Of a stretch of 24,000 nt of DNA, positions 1 through 11,412 are shown piece after piece. Source of the stretch: an uncultured Thiotrichales bacterium (lineage in GTDB: Bacteria > Pseudomonadota > Gammaproteobacteria > PS1 > Pseudothioglobaceae); contig CAZDRI010000007.1 of the NCBI GenBank assembly GCA_964508055.1, forward strand, positions 20,510 to 44,509, written 5' to 3'. Position 1 is the stretch's first letter; each line of letters opens with the position of its first letter. The notes under the pieces are model-generated. The model was not told the DNA's origin, did not search any database, and was given only the letters and a program-made list of their open reading frames with translations. A program made the translations under genes and the position numbers.

Positions 1-446
1 GCTTGACTGTTGATTAAAACTTCACTAGGTTTAATAGATAAACCAGACAATAAATCTACAGCTATATTAGCAACAGGTTCTGGTTTTCTATTAGGAAAAG
101 CCATTTCAATATAATTATCTGTAGTTTTTGTGGCTATTATTGAACCAACTGCTTTAGCATAAATTGTTATATTTTTTAATTGTGGGTTTTGTTTAAAAAT
201 AACAAATGCTGCCGCTAAAGTTGCATGACCGCAAAATTCAACTTCTTTTGTTGGTGAAAACCAGCGGATTTTATAGTGGTCATCATTTACTTTTACTAAA
301 TATGCTGTTTCAGCAAGATTATTCTCCAAAGCGATTAACTGCATTAAATTGTCCTTGAGCCAATCTTTAGTGATAATAACAGCTGCAGAGTTACCGCCAA
401 ATTGAGTTTCAGTGAAAGCATCAACAACATTTATTTTTAATTTCAT
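1..446 (-). CDS. PhzF-family (phenazine-biosynthesis-like / YddE-type) isomerase, C-terminally truncated by the window edge
   Basis: Not in the supplied ORF track. My reverse-complement translation from ATG at 446-444 is open to position 1: MKLKINVVDAFTETQFGGNSAAVIITKDW...ENNLAETAYLV...IRWFSPTKEVEFCGHATLAAAFVIF. The 'VDAFT..F.GN.AAV', 'ETA(Y/F)' and 'RWF.P..EV.FCGHATLA' motifs are PhzF-family hallmarks. Confidence 0.75.
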   Translation of the reverse strand, partial: MKLKINVVDAFTETQFGGNSAAVIITKDWLKDNLMQLIALENNLAETAYLVKVNDDHYKIRWFSPTKEVEFCGHATLAAAFVIFKQNPQLKNITIYAKAVGSIIATKTTDNYIEMAFPNRKPEPVANIAVDLLSGLSIKPSEVLINSQ

Positions 447-470
447 ACTTTTATCTCTTAATATAAATAC

Positions 471-521
471 TAATGCGCTGCAACAAAATCAATTTTAATG
501 CGCTGCAACAAAATCAATTTT
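471..521. repeat. Perfect 25-bp tandem duplication (taatgcgctgcaacaaaatcaattt x2) covering the rnr stop codon and last 8 codons
   Basis: Direct reading: copy 1 is 471-495 and copy 2 is 496-520, both identical. The same period continues to t521. Copy 2 encodes ...KIDFVAAH* of rnr. Copy 1 lies in the 48-bp spacer before the PhzF-family start. Confidence 0.9.
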
Positions 522-2627
522 TCTATCTTCTAAATTAACATTAGCTACTTGTATTTTAACTTCATCACCTAATTTATAGATTTTATTAGAATGCCTCCCT
601 ACTAATTTATGATGTATCTCATCAAAAACAAAATAATCATTTTTTAAATCTTTAACATGTAATAGACCTTCAACCAGCACTTTTTTAAGTTCAATAAATA
701 AACCAAAGGAATGCACTCCAACAATTAATCCTATAAATTTTTCACCAATCTTATCTTTCATAAATTCGCATTTTAACCATTGTTCTACATCTCTCGTTGC
801 TTCGTCTGCTCTTCTTTCTGTTACTGAAAGATGCACGCCAATATTTTTAAAATCAAGTTTATTACTTTTATTTTTAAAAGTATTTTTAATAGCTCTATGC
901 ACTAATAAATCAGAGTAACGCCTTATCGGTGAAGTAAAGTGGGTATATTCATTTAAAGATAAACCATAATGCCCTATGTTCTCTGGACTATAGTAAGCTT
1001 GCTGCATAGAGCGTAAAATTACAATCTGGATAATATCTTCATCAATTCTACCTTTTATTTTTTTTAAAACTTTAGCAAAATCTTTTGATGCTGGCTCTTT
1101 ATCTCCACCCATAGTCAAACCTAAAGCTGATAAAAACTGTTTTAATGCTAATATCTTTTCTGCTTTTGGCTTTGGGTGTGACCTATGTAAAAATTCTGCA
1201 TTTTCTTCTATTAAATACTTAGCTATAGCTCTATTAGCTAAAACCATACATTCTTCAATAATTTTATGAGCGTTATTTCTTTCTGTAGCAACAATCTTTG
1301 CTATTTTCGCCTTATCATTAAATAATATATGACTTTCTGTTCTTTCAAAATCAAGAGCTCCTCTTTTATATTTTGCTATTCGCAAACTTTTATACAGTCC
1401 ATAAAGTGCATTTAGGTTTTCAATTACATTTTTATATTTTTTAGTTAGCTTTTTACAATTATCTTCTAATATTTGACTTACTTCACTATAAGTCATACGG
1501 GCTTTAGATTTTATTATTGAATCATATACGCTATATTCTAATAACTCACCTGTAAAATTTATTTTCATTTCACATACCATTACTAACCTTTCAACATTTG
1601 GATTTAATGAACATAAATTATTAGATAACTTCTCTGGCAGCATAGGAATAATTCTATTAGGAAAATATACTGAGTTACCCCTTTCAAAGGCTTGTTTATC
1701 AAGTAAGGTGTTAGGTTTTACATAATGCGACACATCAGCAATTGCTACCCATAATTTCCAAGCGTCAGCAGTTATTTCTGTATAAACTGCATCATCAAAA
1801 TCTTTAGAATCTTCTCCATCTATTGTTACAAAATTTAGATTGGTTAAATCAACTCTATCTTTTTTATCTTTTATTGAAATTTCACTATTGATATTTTTAA
1901 CTTCTAATAAAGTTTCATCAGAAAAAATATAGGGGATATTATGTTTGTGAATAGCAGATTCAATCTCTATACCTTCACCTAAATATTCGCCTAAAACTTT
2001 AATAATTTTACCTTCTGCTACTTCTTTAAAACTTGGATATTTAATGATTTTGACAATGACCATTTGTCCATTTTGATATTTACTGCTATCAATATCTTTA
2101 ATAAAAACAATATGCTTTATTCTTTCGTCATCTACAACTATATAACTTTCTTCTTTATCTAAATGCAGCCTTCCTACTAATGTTTCTGTTCTCTTAATTA
2201 TCTCAACAATTTCAGCTTCTAATCTTGATGATTTTGAAGATAAAACCCTTACTCTTACCTCTTCACCATGGAATACTAATTGCATTTGCTTGGATGATAA
2301 TTTTAAATCCCTGCAATCTTTATTTTTTAATTTCACAAAACCAAAAGATTTAGTAGTAGCTATTACTGTTCCAATAAAAGTTTTGTTTTTATCATATAAA
2401 CAAACTTCTTTTTTACTGCTTAAACTAAGCTGTTTATCACGAATCATCGCCGCAATTCTTTGACTAAAAGCTTTTTTTTGGTTTTCTTCCAAAGTCAAAA
2501 TATCAAAAAGTTCATTTTTAGTATATTTTTTATCAGATACTACTGAAAGAATGTATTCTCTACTCGGTATTGGATTTTTATATTTTAAAGATTCTCTTTT
2601 AAAGTATGGATCTTTAATTTCAAACAT
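495..2627 (-). CDS. rnr: Ribonuclease R (RNB-family 3'-5' exoribonuclease with C-terminal S1 domain)
   Basis: 710-aa ORF. RNB motifs 'TIDGEDSKDFDDAV' and 'HYGL...YTHFTSPIRRYSDLLVHR'. C-terminal S1-like 'GLIVGVHSFGLFIEL'. Sits 11 nt downstream of purA, the usual purA-rnr synteny. Confidence 0.92.
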   Translation of the reverse strand: MFEIKDPYFKRESLKYKNPIPSREYILSVVSDKKYTKNELFDILTLEENQKKAFSQRIAAMIRDKQLSLSSKKEVCLYDKNKTFIGTVIATTKSFGFVKLKNKDCRDLKLSSKQMQLVFHGEEVRVRVLSSKSSRLEAEIVEIIKRTETLVGRLHLDKEESYIVVDDERIKHIVFIKDIDSSKYQNGQMVIVKIIKYPSFKEVAEGKIIKVLGEYLGEGIEIESAIHKHNIPYIFSDETLLEVKNINSEISIKDKKDRVDLTNLNFVTIDGEDSKDFDDAVYTEITADAWKLWVAIADVSHYVKPNTLLDKQAFERGNSVYFPNRIIPMLPEKLSNNLCSLNPNVERLVMVCEMKINFTGELLEYSVYDSIIKSKARMTYSEVSQILEDNCKKLTKKYKNVIENLNALYGLYKSLRIAKYKRGALDFERTESHILFNDKAKIAKIVATERNNAHKIIEECMVLANRAIAKYLIEENAEFLHRSHPKPKAEKILALKQFLSALGLTMGGDKEPASKDFAKVLKKIKGRIDEDIIQIVILRSMQQAYYSPENIGHYGLSLNEYTHFTSPIRRYSDLLVHRAIKNTFKNKSNKLDFKNIGVHLSVTERRADEATRDVEQWLKCEFMKDKIGEKFIGLIVGVHSFGLFIELKKVLVEGLLHVKDLKNDYFVFDEIHHKLVGRHSNKIYKLGDEVKIQVANVNLEDRKIDFVAAH

Positions 2628-2638
2628 ATATAAGCATT

Positions 2639-4896
<2,258 letters not shown>

Positions 4897-4973
4897 ATAT
4901 GGGAACCTTTATTATTAACTAATTTCTTAAAAACTTGCAAAAATTTATAATAATTGTTAGAAATTACCATACA

Positions 4974-5831
4974 TTACTTTTCAGGATTAAAATGACGGAA
5001 AAAATCTGAATTTGGATTTAGAATTATCATATCTTTTTTATCAGTAAAAGATTTTTGATAAGATTCTAAACTACGATAGAAATCATAAAATTCTTTATTT
5101 TTATTATAAGCTTCAGCGTAAGTGTTTGCTGATTTAGCATCACCATCACCGCGTATTTTTTCAGAATCACGATAGGCATTTGCTAAAATAATTGTTCTTT
5201 CTTTATCCGCATTTGCACGGATTTTTTCTGCTTCTTCCGCACCTTCAGAGCGTAATTCTTTTGCTACTCTTTCTCTCTCTGCTGCCATTCTTCTATATAC
5301 TGAATTACTAATCTCTCTTGATAAATCAATCCTTTTAATTCTAACATCAATAATTTTAATCCCAAATTCTTTTACATTAGTTTTAGCGAGTCTGGTTATA
5401 TTTGTCATAATTTCAGTTCGTTCCCCAGATACAACTTCATTGATAGTTCTTTTAGAAAATTCACTTTTTAAGCCATCTTTAATAATTTGTGATAATCTCA
5501 AATTTGCAAGGTCAATATCGCCTCCTACTGATGTATAGAATTTTTTTACATCTTCAATACGCCATTTAATAAAAGAATCAACAACAACATTTTTCTTCTC
5601 GCTTGTTAAAAATCTTTCTGGTCTAGCATCTAAAGTCTGCATTCTCTTATCAAATTTACGGATATTATTAATAAAAGGAACTTTAAAATATAAGCCAGGT
5701 TCAGTTTCAACAGCCACAACCTCTCCAAGCCTAAATTTAATAGCGGCTTGTCTTTCATCAATAATATAAAGCGCTGAACTAGTAATTCCTACCAACACTA
5801 TGACTAATATAAATATTAATTTCTTTAACAT
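4974..5831 (-). CDS. hflC: Protease modulator HflC (SPFH/band-7 membrane protein)
   Basis: 285-aa ORF with an N-terminal TM helix and an SPFH domain. Its start overlaps the hflK stop by 1 nt. Confidence 0.92.
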   Translation of the reverse strand: MLKKLIFILVIVLVGITSSALYIIDERQAAIKFRLGEVVAVETEPGLYFKVPFINNIRKFDKRMQTLDARPERFLTSEKKNVVVDSFIKWRIEDVKKFYTSVGGDIDLANLRLSQIIKDGLKSEFSKRTINEVVSGERTEIMTNITRLAKTNVKEFGIKIIDVRIKRIDLSREISNSVYRRMAAERERVAKELRSEGAEEAEKIRANADKERTIILANAYRDSEKIRGDGDAKSANTYAEAYNKNKEFYDFYRSLESYQKSFTDKKDMIILNPNSDFFRHFNPEK

Positions 5832-7048
5832 TATCTTGTCTCCCTATTTCTAAACAGGTTTCTTAAATTTGGTCTTTTATTTTGTGTTTCTTGGCTTTGT
5901 TGATTTTTTTGGACTGGCTCTGCTACTTTTTTATTGTCTTCATTACTAGTTGATAAAATCTTATCTAAAGGTAAATACATTAAACTATTACTATTAGAAT
6001 CCATAATAATCTTAGTTGTTCTCATAAACACCTGTTCTAAAGTCTCTAAATAAAGGCGTTGTTTAGTAACTGCTGGAGCCTTTTCAAACTCTACTCTAAT
6101 TTTGTCAAACCTTTGAGCCTCACCTTCAGCCTTTGAGATAACTTGAGATTTATAAGCTTTTGCTTCTTCAATAATTCTAGCGCTTAATCCTCTTGCTTTT
6201 GGGAGGATATCATTAGAATAAGCTTCAGCTTCATTAATAAGTCTTTCTTTATCCTCTCTGGCTTTTACTGCATCAGAAAATGCTGATTGCACTTGCTCTG
6301 GTGGTTGAGCGTCTTGCATATTAACAGTTGTTATCTGCAGACCTGTTTTATATAAATTTAAAAGTTTTTGCCCTTCTTCTGCAATTTGCTGCGCTATTTC
6401 TGTTCTACCTTCAGTTAAGATAAAATCCATATTGTTTTTCCCAATAACTTGACGAATAACACTTTCAGATACTTGCCTGAGTGTTAAATCTGGATTAACA
6501 ACATTAAATAAATACGCTACTGCATCATTTATTCTATATTGCACTGCAAATTTAGCATCAATAATATTTTCATCTTTAGTAAGCATTAAAGACTCTGAAC
6601 CAATGTTACCTGTTACTCTTACATTTTTTGCATTTAAACCACTACGAAAACCAATGTCAGCAGTTCTTATTTGAGCAACATTAACTGTTGTTACGGTTTC
6701 TATAGGATAAGGTAAGTGCCAATGTGGACCTTCAGAAGTTATTTCACTAAATTTACCAAATCTTAACTCTACTCCTTTTTCAGCAGGACCTACAATATAT
6801 ACTCCAAATGCCAGCCAAACAATAACAGCAATAACTAAAAAAACACCTATACCTTTGAATCTTCTAGCATTGTTTTTACCATTATCATCACCACTACCAT
6901 TACCTCCATCAATAACATTCTTATTAATATCTTTAAATAAATTATCAAATTTAGACTTTAACTTTCTTATTATTTCATCTAACTCTGGTGGTGTTTGGTT
7001 TTGTCCACTACCCCAAGGTTTTTGATTGTTTGGGTCATTCCAAGCCAT
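5831..7048 (-). CDS. hflK: Protease modulator HflK (SPFH/band-7 membrane protein)
   Basis: 405-aa ORF. Typical HflK N-terminus 'MAWNDPNNQKPWG...PPELDEIIRKL', one TM helix, an SPFH domain and a charged C-terminal tail. Confidence 0.92.
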   Translation of the reverse strand: MAWNDPNNQKPWGSGQNQTPPELDEIIRKLKSKFDNLFKDINKNVIDGGNGSGDDNGKNNARRFKGIGVFLVIAVIVWLAFGVYIVGPAEKGVELRFGKFSEITSEGPHWHLPYPIETVTTVNVAQIRTADIGFRSGLNAKNVRVTGNIGSESLMLTKDENIIDAKFAVQYRINDAVAYLFNVVNPDLTLRQVSESVIRQVIGKNNMDFILTEGRTEIAQQIAEEGQKLLNLYKTGLQITTVNMQDAQPPEQVQSAFSDAVKAREDKERLINEAEAYSNDILPKARGLSARIIEEAKAYKSQVISKAEGEAQRFDKIRVEFEKAPAVTKQRLYLETLEQVFMRTTKIIMDSNSNSLMYLPLDKILSTSNEDNKKVAEPVQKNQQSQETQNKRPNLRNLFRNRETR

Positions 7049-7123
7049 CTAATACTCCAAAAAACTTATAATTCTACTTGAATAAGTATTTTTACAAAAA
7101 ATATCTTAAAAACAAAAAAACTA

Positions 7124-7153
7124 ATTTTATTAAAAATTATCATATTTGTTCAA
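7124..7153 (-). promoter_or_regulatory. Candidate sigma70-type promoter for the hflK-hflC-hisZ-purA-rnr unit
   Basis: On the minus strand, TTGAAC (7153-7148), an 18-nt spacer, then TAAAAT (7129-7124), about 75 nt upstream of the hflK ATG. GGAG Shine-Dalgarno 6 nt before the ATG. AT-rich background makes chance matches likely. Confidence 0.25.
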
Positions 7154-7230
7154 GTTGGACTATATACAAAAATTGTTTATTTTACATTGAGTAACAAAAA
7201 TTATGCTGTTTTTATTAATATGAGTATATA

Positions 7231-8028
7231 TTAATCTAATAGCAAGGCATCATCTTCAATTTTTTCACCTTTTAACTGGGTGAAATAATCTAATAAGTCA
7301 TTTACTGTTTTGCCTTTTTTCTCTTCTTTATTTAAATCAAAGGCTATCCTACCTTGATGCAGCATAATCATCCTATTACCATACTCTAATGCTTGTTTCA
7401 TACTATGAGTAATCATAATAGTAGTAAGAGAAAACTCTTCAATAATTTCTTGAGTTAACCGCATTACAAATTCTTGAGTTTTAGGGTCTAATGCTGCAGT
7501 GTGTTCATCTAATAATAATATTTTCATAGGACTTAGCGTTGCCATTAATAGACTCACAGCTTGTCTTTGTCCACCTGATAAAAGACCTATGATATCTTCT
7601 AATCTATTTTCTAAGCCTAAATCTAATCTCTTAAGTATTTTCTTAAATTCTTCTTTATTATCGCTATCAACACCACTTTTGAAATAAGAACGACTTTTAC
7701 CTCGCTTGGCAGCTAATGCCATATTTTCTTCAATAGTAAGTCTATCGCAGGTGCCAGCTAAAGGATCTTGAAATACTCTGCCCATAACCCTTGATCTTTC
7801 ATGGACAGCTAATTTAGAAATATCCTTGCCGTCTATTTCAATCTTTCCGCTGTGTAGTGGTACATAACCTGCAATAGCATTTAAAAGAGTTGATTTACCA
7901 GCCCCGTTACTACCAATAACTGTTAGAAATTCGCCATTTTTAATATCTAAATCAACTCCATTTAAAGCAAAGTTCTCTAATGGGGTATTTAGTCCAAAAA
8001 CTACTTTTATATTTGAAAATTTAACCAT
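7231..8028 (-). CDS. ABC transporter ATP-binding protein (COG1101-type, partner of the COG4120 permease)
   Basis: 265-aa ORF. Walker A 'GSNGAGKST', signature 'LSGGQRQ', Walker B 'ILLLDEHTAALD'. TAATG junction with the permease gene. Confidence 0.92.
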   Translation of the reverse strand: MVKFSNIKVVFGLNTPLENFALNGVDLDIKNGEFLTVIGSNGAGKSTLLNAIAGYVPLHSGKIEIDGKDISKLAVHERSRVMGRVFQDPLAGTCDRLTIEENMALAAKRGKSRSYFKSGVDSDNKEEFKKILKRLDLGLENRLEDIIGLLSGGQRQAVSLLMATLSPMKILLLDEHTAALDPKTQEFVMRLTQEIIEEFSLTTIMITHSMKQALEYGNRMIMLHQGRIAFDLNKEEKKGKTVNDLLDYFTQLKGEKIEDDALLLD

Positions 8029-8930
8029 TATTTAGCTGCACCTTTTTTTATATTTGGAAGCACAATTGCTAATGTTACTAATATTGCTGTTAATAAATTT
8101 AAATCTTGTGATTTAAACCCTAAAAAGTCTAATTCCAAAGCAAAAGTAATAGCAAGTCTATAAACAACCGCTCCTACTACACAAGCAACCAATGCTCTGA
8201 ATACTGTCCTAGTATTTACCAAAGCCTCACCACCTATTACAGAAGCTAAACCTAACACAATAGTACCAACACCCATTGTTACATCAGCTATACCTTGTGA
8301 TTGGGCATATAAACTACCTGCTAAAGCTACCAAAGCATTTGATATAGACATACCTAATAGTATTGAAATATTGCTATTTATCCCTTGGGCATTTGCCATT
8401 TTATTGTTCATACCAACCGCACGCATAGCAAGACCAGATTCTGAATATAAGAAAAGTTTTAATAAGTAAAAAACAATAATTATTATCGCTCCAAAAATAA
8501 ACACTAAAGCAAAATAATCTGGTATGCCAGTAATATATAATATAGATTTTATAAATTCTAACATTGGGTCAAATATTGTAACCTCACCAAGTAGTGCAAT
8601 ATTTGGCCCACCCATTATTCTTAAATTAATAGAATAAAGAGCTATCATAACCAAAATTGAAGCAAGCAAATTTAATATTTTCATACGAACACATAAATAT
8701 GCCGTTACAAACCCAGCCATTGCCCCTGCAACAATAGATATTAATGTTGCAATCCAAGGATTAAAGCCCGATACAATTAATATTGCTGTTACTGCAGCAC
8801 CTAATGGGAAAGAACCATCTATTGTTAAATCTGGAAAATCTAATACTCTAAAAGATATATAAACAGCAAAAGCTATTAAAGAGAACAGGAGTCCTAATTC
8901 AAAAGCTCCTGCTAATGCAAAACCTGACAC
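8028..8930 (-). CDS. ABC transporter permease (COG4120-type, branched-chain-permease-like fold)
   Basis: 300-aa highly hydrophobic ORF with multiple TM helices, located between the binding-protein gene and the ATPase gene. Confidence 0.85.
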   Translation of the reverse strand: MSGFALAGAFELGLLFSLIAFAVYISFRVLDFPDLTIDGSFPLGAAVTAILIVSGFNPWIATLISIVAGAMAGFVTAYLCVRMKILNLLASILVMIALYSINLRIMGGPNIALLGEVTIFDPMLEFIKSILYITGIPDYFALVFIFGAIIIIVFYLLKLFLYSESGLAMRAVGMNNKMANAQGINSNISILLGMSISNALVALAGSLYAQSQGIADVTMGVGTIVLGLASVIGGEALVNTRTVFRALVACVVGAVVYRLAITFALELDFLGFKSQDLNLLTAILVTLAIVLPNIKKGAAK

Positions 8931-8932
8931 GC

Positions 8933-9886
8933 TTATTCTATTACTTTTTTAGATAAAGTCTGTAATATTTTTGGTATTTCAATACCCATTTTTTTAGCAG
9001 AATTTAAGTTTACAAAAAGTTCAGATTTATTCACTCCCTGCACATCAATACTACCTGGATTTTTACCATTTAGTATAGCAGCAACAATCTTACCTGTTTG
9101 AATTCCTACATCATAATAATTAAATCCAAGAGCTGCTACTGCACCTCTTTCTACACTTGAAGTATCACCTGCAAAAACTGGTATATTGCTATCAATACCT
9201 ACTTTTACTACTGACTCAAAAGCACTAACAATTGTATTATCAGTTGGAACATAAATAGCTTCTACCTTTCCAACTAATGATTTGGCTGCAGTTAATACAT
9301 CTGCTGTTTTAACTGCAACAGATTTAATAATTTTTAAATCATACTGCTCAGCAAATTTATCAACTAATTTAATAATTGATACCGAATTAGTTTCACCAGC
9401 ATTATATAAAACTCCCAAAGACTTAATATTAGGCATTATCGCTTTTATTAAATCAAGATGCTTATCAATAGGTGTTAAATCGGATACTCCAGTAGTATTA
9501 CCTCCAGGTTTTTTTAAACTTGGAACAATTTTTGCAGCAACAGGGTCTGTCACAGCAGAAAATACATGTGGTATTGATTTAGTTTGTGCCGATATAGCCT
9601 GAGCTGAAGGAGTAGCTATACTTATAATAGCATCAGGTTTTTTACCAACAAACTTTTTAGCAATAGATATTGTATTTGGGATATTGCCTTGGGCACTTTC
9701 AAATTCTACTTTTAAATTTTTACCTGCAACAAAACCAACCTCTTTTAAATAATCAATAACACCATTTTTTGTAGCATCTAAAGCTGGATGCTCAACAATT
9801 TGGGTAATTGCTATAAATTTATCTTGAGCAAATGTTGAAAAAGCAAATAATAAAATACTTAAAATTGCAATTTTAATTCTTTTCAT
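8933..9886 (-). CDS. ABC transporter substrate-binding protein (ABC_sub_bind / COG2984 type), secreted
   Basis: 317-aa ORF. Signal peptide 'MKRIKIAILSILLFAFSTFA|QD'. 'ITQIVEHPALD' and 'TPSAQA' are typical of this family. It is the first gene of the three-gene transporter operon. Confidence 0.85.
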   Translation of the reverse strand: MKRIKIAILSILLFAFSTFAQDKFIAITQIVEHPALDATKNGVIDYLKEVGFVAGKNLKVEFESAQGNIPNTISIAKKFVGKKPDAIISIATPSAQAISAQTKSIPHVFSAVTDPVAAKIVPSLKKPGGNTTGVSDLTPIDKHLDLIKAIMPNIKSLGVLYNAGETNSVSIIKLVDKFAEQYDLKIIKSVAVKTADVLTAAKSLVGKVEAIYVPTDNTIVSAFESVVKVGIDSNIPVFAGDTSSVERGAVAALGFNYYDVGIQTGKIVAAILNGKNPGSIDVQGVNKSELFVNLNSAKKMGIEIPKILQTLSKKVIE

Positions 9887-9936
9887 ATATCAATCCCCTA
9901 TATAAAAATTTAAAAATCATATGGATGAACTTTAAA

Positions 9937-9966
9937 ATTATACTGAACTAAATAACTATTAGTTAA
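9937..9966 (-). promoter_or_regulatory. Candidate promoter of the ABC transporter operon
   Basis: Minus-strand TATAAT (9942-9937) about 50 nt upstream of the ATG. Weak -35 TTAACT (9966-9961) with an 18-nt spacer. GGGGA Shine-Dalgarno before the ATG. Low specificity in AT-rich DNA. Confidence 0.25.
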
Positions 9967-10184
9967 ATAAATAAAGGTATTGATTAGTTAAACTCCTAAA
10001 TAATATTTGAGAAACAACTTAGTAAAAATACGAATTTAATATACTAAGAAAGTCTTTATTATTGATACAAAAATAAAACAAAAAACCGCCGCCTTGTTTT
10101 TTTTATAATGAGAATTAACAGTTAACAATAATTAAACTTTATTTAAGTTATAATTTAAACACAAGACATTGTAGAAATTTTAAA

Positions 10185-11411
10185 ATGATAGATAAAATAA
10201 TCAGTTCAAGCCCTAAATCTATTAGCCTTATAGAACATTCCAAATTGCTAACAACAACAGCCGAGTCCTTATTAGCTCAGCATAATACTTTGGCGGAAAT
10301 AAATAATATAAAAAGAGAGTTAATAAAAAAAAATGATGAATCGCTAATATTTATTTTATTAGCGTTAAAAATTGCTAAATCTAAAATTTTTATCAATAGA
10401 ATAAAAAGACCTCTTAGCATCTCAGTAGTTTTTGCTGTTTATAAAGAGCATAATAGGATAAGAAAAATTAGTGAGCATCCTCATGGTGAAGATTTTCTCA
10501 ACATTAAAATGGAACAACTTAAATGGTTGTTTGCTGATAATAAAAATATTGACTGGCAGCTGATTGTGGTTGATGATGGTTGTCCTGAAAATAGTGGCAA
10601 AATAGCTCAAAGTATTATAGATAAAAATAATTTTGCAGATAAAGCCCAAGTCCTATATCTAAAAGATGCCATAAAACAAAAATTACCACCAGTTCAAGGT
10701 TTAAAAAGTGTTGATGATAGTAAAAAAGGCGGGGCAATCGCTTATGGAATGTGGCATAGTGTTCAACAAAATAGCTCAAAAAGACATATTGTAATTTATA
10801 CTGATGCTGATCTCTCCACCCATTTAGGACAGATAGGACTTTTAGCTAATCCTATTTTAAACCAAGGCAAACTAGCTGTAACCGGCTCACGACGCAGTTG
10901 GAACTCAATAGTAATAAAAAAAGAAAACAGAAATAAAAGAGGTAAACTTTTTATTTATTTGTGGAAAAGACTACTACCCTGTCTGCATAATATTGTTGAT
11001 ACTCAATGTGGCTTTAAGGGCTTTCGTGCTAACATAATATCAGACTTGACCAAAGATTTAATTGAGCGTCAATTCGCCTTTGATATTGAGTTATTACTTA
11101 AAACAAATCTAATAAAACATAATGGCGTTGATAAAATTGGTATTGCTTGGATTGATAGTGAGGAAGAGTCAACTACCAAAGAATTACAATCCTATTTACC
11201 AATGTTAAAAGCAATAGTAAAGATGTATAAAAAATACTGCATTAAAAACCCAAACTCAGATGAATTTGCCGCTTTTGTAGAATCGTTAACTGATGAAGAA
11301 TTTAATAATATTTTAGATAATGTACCAAAACCTATTTTGAAGAAAAAGCCTTTTAAGTTTACCAAATACGATAAAGTCAAAGTTGCCGATTTAGTTGAGC
11401 ATAAAAATTAA
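10185..11411 (+). CDS. GT2-family glycosyltransferase, ALG5 / polyprenyl-phosphate hexosyltransferase-like, with N- and C-terminal extensions
   Basis: 408-aa ORF. GT-A motifs 'LIVVDDGCPENSG', 'IVIYTDADLS' (DxD), 'DTQCGFKGF' and 'AFDIELL'. About 75 aa precede the catalytic core and about 80 aa follow it. Confidence 0.8.
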   Translation: MIDKIISSSPKSISLIEHSKLLTTTAESLLAQHNTLAEINNIKRELIKKNDESLIFILLALKIAKSKIFINRIKRPLSISVVFAVYKEHNRIRKISEHPHGEDFLNIKMEQLKWLFADNKNIDWQLIVVDDGCPENSGKIAQSIIDKNNFADKAQVLYLKDAIKQKLPPVQGLKSVDDSKKGGAIAYGMWHSVQQNSSKRHIVIYTDADLSTHLGQIGLLANPILNQGKLAVTGSRRSWNSIVIKKENRNKRGKLFIYLWKRLLPCLHNIVDTQCGFKGFRANIISDLTKDLIERQFAFDIELLLKTNLIKHNGVDKIGIAWIDSEEESTTKELQSYLPMLKAIVKMYKKYCIKNPNSDEFAAFVESLTDEEFNNILDNVPKPILKKKPFKFTKYDKVKVADLVEHKN

Positions 11412-11412
11412 T

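Noticed and set aside
9954-9991. ATTAGTTAA 9-mer repeated 25 bp apart (9958-9966, 9983-9991), and an 11-bp palindrome AACTAtTAGTT (9954-9964), upstream of the ABC operon. There is also a TTAACaGTTAA palindrome at 10115-10125.
   Set aside because: These are short AT-only motifs in roughly 20% GC intergenic DNA, so chance occurrence is likely. I recognise no known operator consensus. They are worth a look only if conserved in relatives.
10075-10104. Possible hairpin AAAACAA-(12 nt, CCGCCGCC-containing loop)-TTGTTTT followed by a T-run, the only GC-rich spot in the 298-bp intergenic region.
   Set aside because: The stem is 7 bp and almost all A-T, with a large loop, so it is too weak to call a terminator or riboswitch element. 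No gene ends here in the plus orientation.
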